From Rhizophagus irregularis (Eukaryota), in assembly GCF_026210795.1 (NCBI RefSeq), contig NC_089432.1, positions 4,216,001-4,280,000 on the forward strand: a stretch of 64,000 nucleotides of DNA, in the 5' to 3' direction. Shown here piece after piece: positions 59,872-64,000 of this stretch. The notes below the pieces were generated by a model. It ran no database searches. It saw only the letters and a list, made by a program, of their open reading frames with translations, and had not been told where the DNA came from. Within the stretch, counting starts at the first letter, position 1, and the number at the start of each line of letters is the position of its first letter. The translations under genes were made by a program, and so were the position numbers.

Positions 59872-60350
59872 ATGCAAGATACTGAAAATGCAAACGAATG
59901 GATTAAATGGATTGAAGAAGTAGATTCTGATAAAAAATATTTTAAATTTTACGAATATAAACAATTTAATAATATTCAACATGTTGGTACCGGAAACTTT
60001 GGAAAAGTATTTCGTGCAAATTGGAAGGATTCAGAAAAAAAATTTACGTTAAAAATTTTTTTAATCTTAAAGAGGTTATTTGTGAGGTAATAAAATATAA
60101 AATACATTTTTTTTTTCATTTATGATTTTGTTCAATATACTTGTTTTTTATTTAGTTAAAAATTCAACAAGAAGTTGATTTTCATGATATTGCTACAGAG
60201 TAACAGAACCTGAGTCAGGTATTATCAAGTTACTTAATAAATATGATATTCTTTTAATCGCGAAATTGAATGATAAATATAATATGGCATACCAGTTATC
60301 TTGTTCCGTATCATGCTTACATAATGAAGAAATAGTGCATCGTTACTTGG
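59872..60350 (+). pseudogene. Truncated TKL kinase N-lobe, inverted paralogue of the downstream kinase gene
   Basis: MQDTENANEWIKWIEE...HVGTGNFGKVFRANWK; remnants of exons 2-3 with deletions. Confidence 0.8.
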
Positions 60351-60802
60351 TAATTCATTTAACATTATTTGATCATTAATAATAATGTATTTGTATTACT
60401 CATTTAAATATATTTATTTATTTATTTATCCTTTTTTTCAAAAATCATTTTATATCAAATCAAAAACTGATTAGTAATATTCTTTTTAGATTTATTTTTC
60501 ATTTATTTATTATCTTTTTTTACAAATAAGCTTTGTCCTATAATCTATTTTTAAAAATAGAAAAATGTAGCATTAAATTTCTACACTTTTAAATTTTTGA
60601 TGTTAAATGACATTCCAAATTAAAATGTAAGATTTTAAAACAGACACAAATTATGTTTAAAGTTTATAAGAATGTTTAAATAATATAGCAATTTATTTAT
60701 TTGTATTTTCTTTACAACTGTATAAATTTTTTTTTTAATTACTGTGAATAAATAATTTAAAGTTTTATAATTTAATAACTAAAGGAAAATTATCATAAAT
60801 TA

Positions 60803-63071
60803 CTATTGATTATTTTGAAGTATCTCTAGTTTATCTTGTGCATCCTGATCTCCTTGTTCAGCAGCTTTTTTATACCAATAAATTGCTTTATCTGTATCTT
60901 TTGCAATTCCATCTCCATCTTCATACATTAATGCAAGATTATATTGTGCTATATTATGTTCTAAATTTGCAGCATTTTGATACAATTCAAATGCTTTTTG
61001 TTTATCAATTATAGTTCCGATACCTTTATCATAACAATATCCCAACATCATTATTCCACTTAAATGCCCTACTTTAGCTGATTGCTTATATAGTTCAAAA
61101 GCTTTATTATGATCTTTTTTAACACCAAACCCATCTCCATAACAATTACCAAGATTATACGTTGCTATCACATTTCCATTATTTGCAGCTTTTTCATACC
61201 AATAAAAAGCCTTTTCCAAATCTTTTTTAATACCTATTCCATTTCTATAGCAATAACCAAGATTTAATTGACCATATGACAAATTTTTGTTAGCCACTTT
61301 TTCATAATATTCAATAGCTAATTTATTATTTTTCATAGTTCCATGTCCATAAAAATAACAATGTCCAATAAAATGTTGTGCCAATATGTTATTTTTTTCT
61401 AATTCATCAATAAATAAATTAAATGCTTTCTCTTTATTTTTATTTGCTATAATTCCATAATAATTAAAATATCCAAGAATAAAAATAGAATCTGAAGCAT
61501 TTTGATTATTTAATAACCAATTATAAAATTCTTGTGAATTTATATTATGATTATAAAAATATTCAATAACTTGCTTTTTTGATTTCTGTTCGATTCCTTT
61601 AATATTTAATTCAGTAATAAAATCATTCATTTCATCAGCTATCATGTTAAAATCTTTTTCCATTAAATGATTTTCTTGTTTGCTTAATATTGCCATAGGA
61701 TCAATTTCTTTTATATTTATTTTATCAAAATTTTGAGTAAGTTGAGATAAATCTTCTTGTAATTCTGAATTATTAGTACTTAAAGTCTCATTAAGTACCT
61801 GCTCATTTGACATTTGATGATTTTCTACTATTGCATCTGTTTTTGTAATTATGTCATTTAGCCAATCAACTACTTGATATATTGTTGGACGATTACCAGG
61901 CTCACCATCCCAACATTCTGTAAACCATATGTAATTAAAAATTAAGATAATATTAAATTTACAGAATTTTAAAATTTAAAATATAACTCACTGGTATAAA
62001 TTTTAACATACTCATCAGGAGTATCAGTAACAATAGTTTCTCTAAGACCTTGTGAAATTTCCAAAGCTAAACCAATATCATATTGTTTACCTTCAACATA
62101 AAAAGGAGGTTGTCCACTAGAAATCTCCCATAATAATACGCCTAAACTGTAAATATCACTTTTTTCATTTAATGAGTATACTTGTGTTGATTGGTTGTTA
62201 TTCCTCAGTCTACTAAAACTTTTTGGATCAACATAAGGAACCACTTCAAATAATTTAGATTGAAAATTGGATGATGCTCCAATTCTTTTAGATAATCCAA
62301 AATCTGCTAATTTGATTGTATCATCACGGACAAGTATATTACAGGAGCGCTATTTAAGAAACATGTATATTCAAATAAGTAATACAAATATATTCATATT
62401 AATGGTCAAATAATATTAAGTGAATTACCAGATCATTATGCAATATTCCTTCGTTATATAAGCATGATACAGCACAAGATAACTGGTATGCTATATTATA
62501 TTTGTCATTCCAAGTAAGCTTGTTAAAATTTTCCTTCAAATAATTTCTAAGGCTACCACCGTTGGCGTATTCCATTACTAACCAATAATCATTATGATTA
62601 TCTAACGAATAAAATACTTATTAAGTTTATTAAGTCCAATTCTTTGAATTTTGCGATTTACAATAATATTATATTTATTAAGATAACTTTAATAATACCT
62701 GACTCGAGTTTTGTTATTCCATAGCAACGAATAAAGTTATCATGAAAATTAACTTCATGTTGAATTTTTAACTAAATAATATTTTTTAAATTAGTATATT
62801 AGACAAAATCATAGACGAAAAAAATTATTTCATATTAAATTACCTCACGAACGATTTCTTTCACAGTGATTTTATTAAGACTAAAAAAAGATTTTAACGC
62901 AAATTGCTCTCCTGAATTTTTCCAATTTGCATGATATACGTTTCCAAATTCTCCAGTACCAATATGTTGAATATTATTAAATTGTTTGTATTCATATGAC
63001 TTAAAATGCTCTTTATCCACAACTTCTTCAATCAAATTAACCCATTCATTTGTATGTTCGGTATCTTGCAT
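60803..63071 (-). CDS. TKL protein kinase with C-terminal Sel1 repeats; 5 exons (~63071-62844, 62771-62699, 62601-62429, 62349-61992, 61917-60803)
   Basis: IGTGEFGNVY, FALK, LVMEYA, HNDLRSCNIL, KLADFG, SDIYSLGVLLWEISSG, CWDGEPGNRP, then about 6 Sel1 repeats; GT-AG introns. Confidence 0.9.
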
Positions 63072-64000
63072 TTTGATATTATTGGACGTTACTGAACGAA
63101 TTGAATAATGATAAGTTAACAGTAAAGTTAGAAAAAAATGAAAAGTAAAAATTATTAAAGTTTTATTTGTGTGCCTATTATATATATATTTTTTTTTCAA
63201 TGATAGTCGTACAAACGCACAGCGTGATTTAGTATTACCTGTTACAGCCAATCAACATGGTACCGCAGTTACCGCAGTAATTTCATTTACAAGTATAATG
63301 ACGTCATCATGAAATTAAACCAGTAATCTTGGATATTGTTATTAAAATGGAATAGAAACTGAAAAAAATGAAATTAGAGCATTTGAATTATATAAAGAAG
63401 CAAGTAGTAATTAAAAAAACTTTTCTCTTACCAAATTCTCAATATCTAAAATTATATGGAAAATACATCAAAGTATATCAAAAAAAATATTTTTTTTCTT
63501 TCGAAATTGACCATCATATTAATCATACTCGATCATGATGTGGTAAGATCAATGCAAAAATAAGGAATGAAAGAATTAATTTAAATAATAATAAAAAAAA
63601 ATGAGAAGAAAAAAAAATTTTTTGACTCACATTTTAACCTGTAGAATCATCATCAAACAATGTCTTCTCAATATTGTAATAAACCCATACAAGAACAAGA
63701 AATTTGTAAAAAGAATTATTAAAATTTGGAAGCCTTTGCAACTGCAATCTCAACAATCTCTGTGGCGGTGACATATGGAAGTAGTCAAAGTCTCATATTA
63801 GTATATTTTTATGTAATCTTGCTTAACCGTATAAAAATATCAGAATTTTATTTTAATAATATGGCAGTACGTTATACATATAAAAGTTGTAAAAAAAAAA
63901 GCGGTATAGCAGATGAGTTGTGATACCACAAATGAGTTGCGGCAATGAAGTGACAATATCAAATCAATATCGTAAATACATCTTTTTTTATCCCTGAAAT

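Noticed and set aside
63335..63410. Single Sel1-like remnant
   Set aside because: About 25 codons with a stop; too small to call.

Overview
AT-rich eukaryotic genomic DNA with short GT-AG introns. The host gene families (Sel1-repeat TKL kinases, BTB-BACK-TLDc, secreted ML-domain and SAM proteins) point to an arbuscular mycorrhizal fungus (Rhizophagus-like); this is inference. The dominant feature is a ~29 kb Polinton/Maverick-like element (25243-54264) with 1539-bp TIRs, a 5-bp TSD (TCATG), a protein-primed PolB and an rve integrase. I recognise no double-jelly-roll capsid, packaging ATPase or adenain protease in it. Instead it carries a retroviral-type Gag (CA-like plus CCHC knuckle), aspartic protease and zinc-finger module joined by -1 slippery sites, plus cargo genes (F-box, SAM, secreted ML-domain). 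Its PolB is split by a young 9.6 kb Ty3/Gypsy LTR retrotransposon (29986-39566) and also carries several in-frame TGA stops, probably from CGA. The flanks contain a BTB-TLDc pseudogene, an apparently circularly permuted vWA gene, an MLKL-like kinase-Sel1 pseudogene with an inverted exon segment, an intact Sel1 kinase, several MITEs and a CACTG element filled with a hairpin tandem array. All alignments and counts were done by eye.
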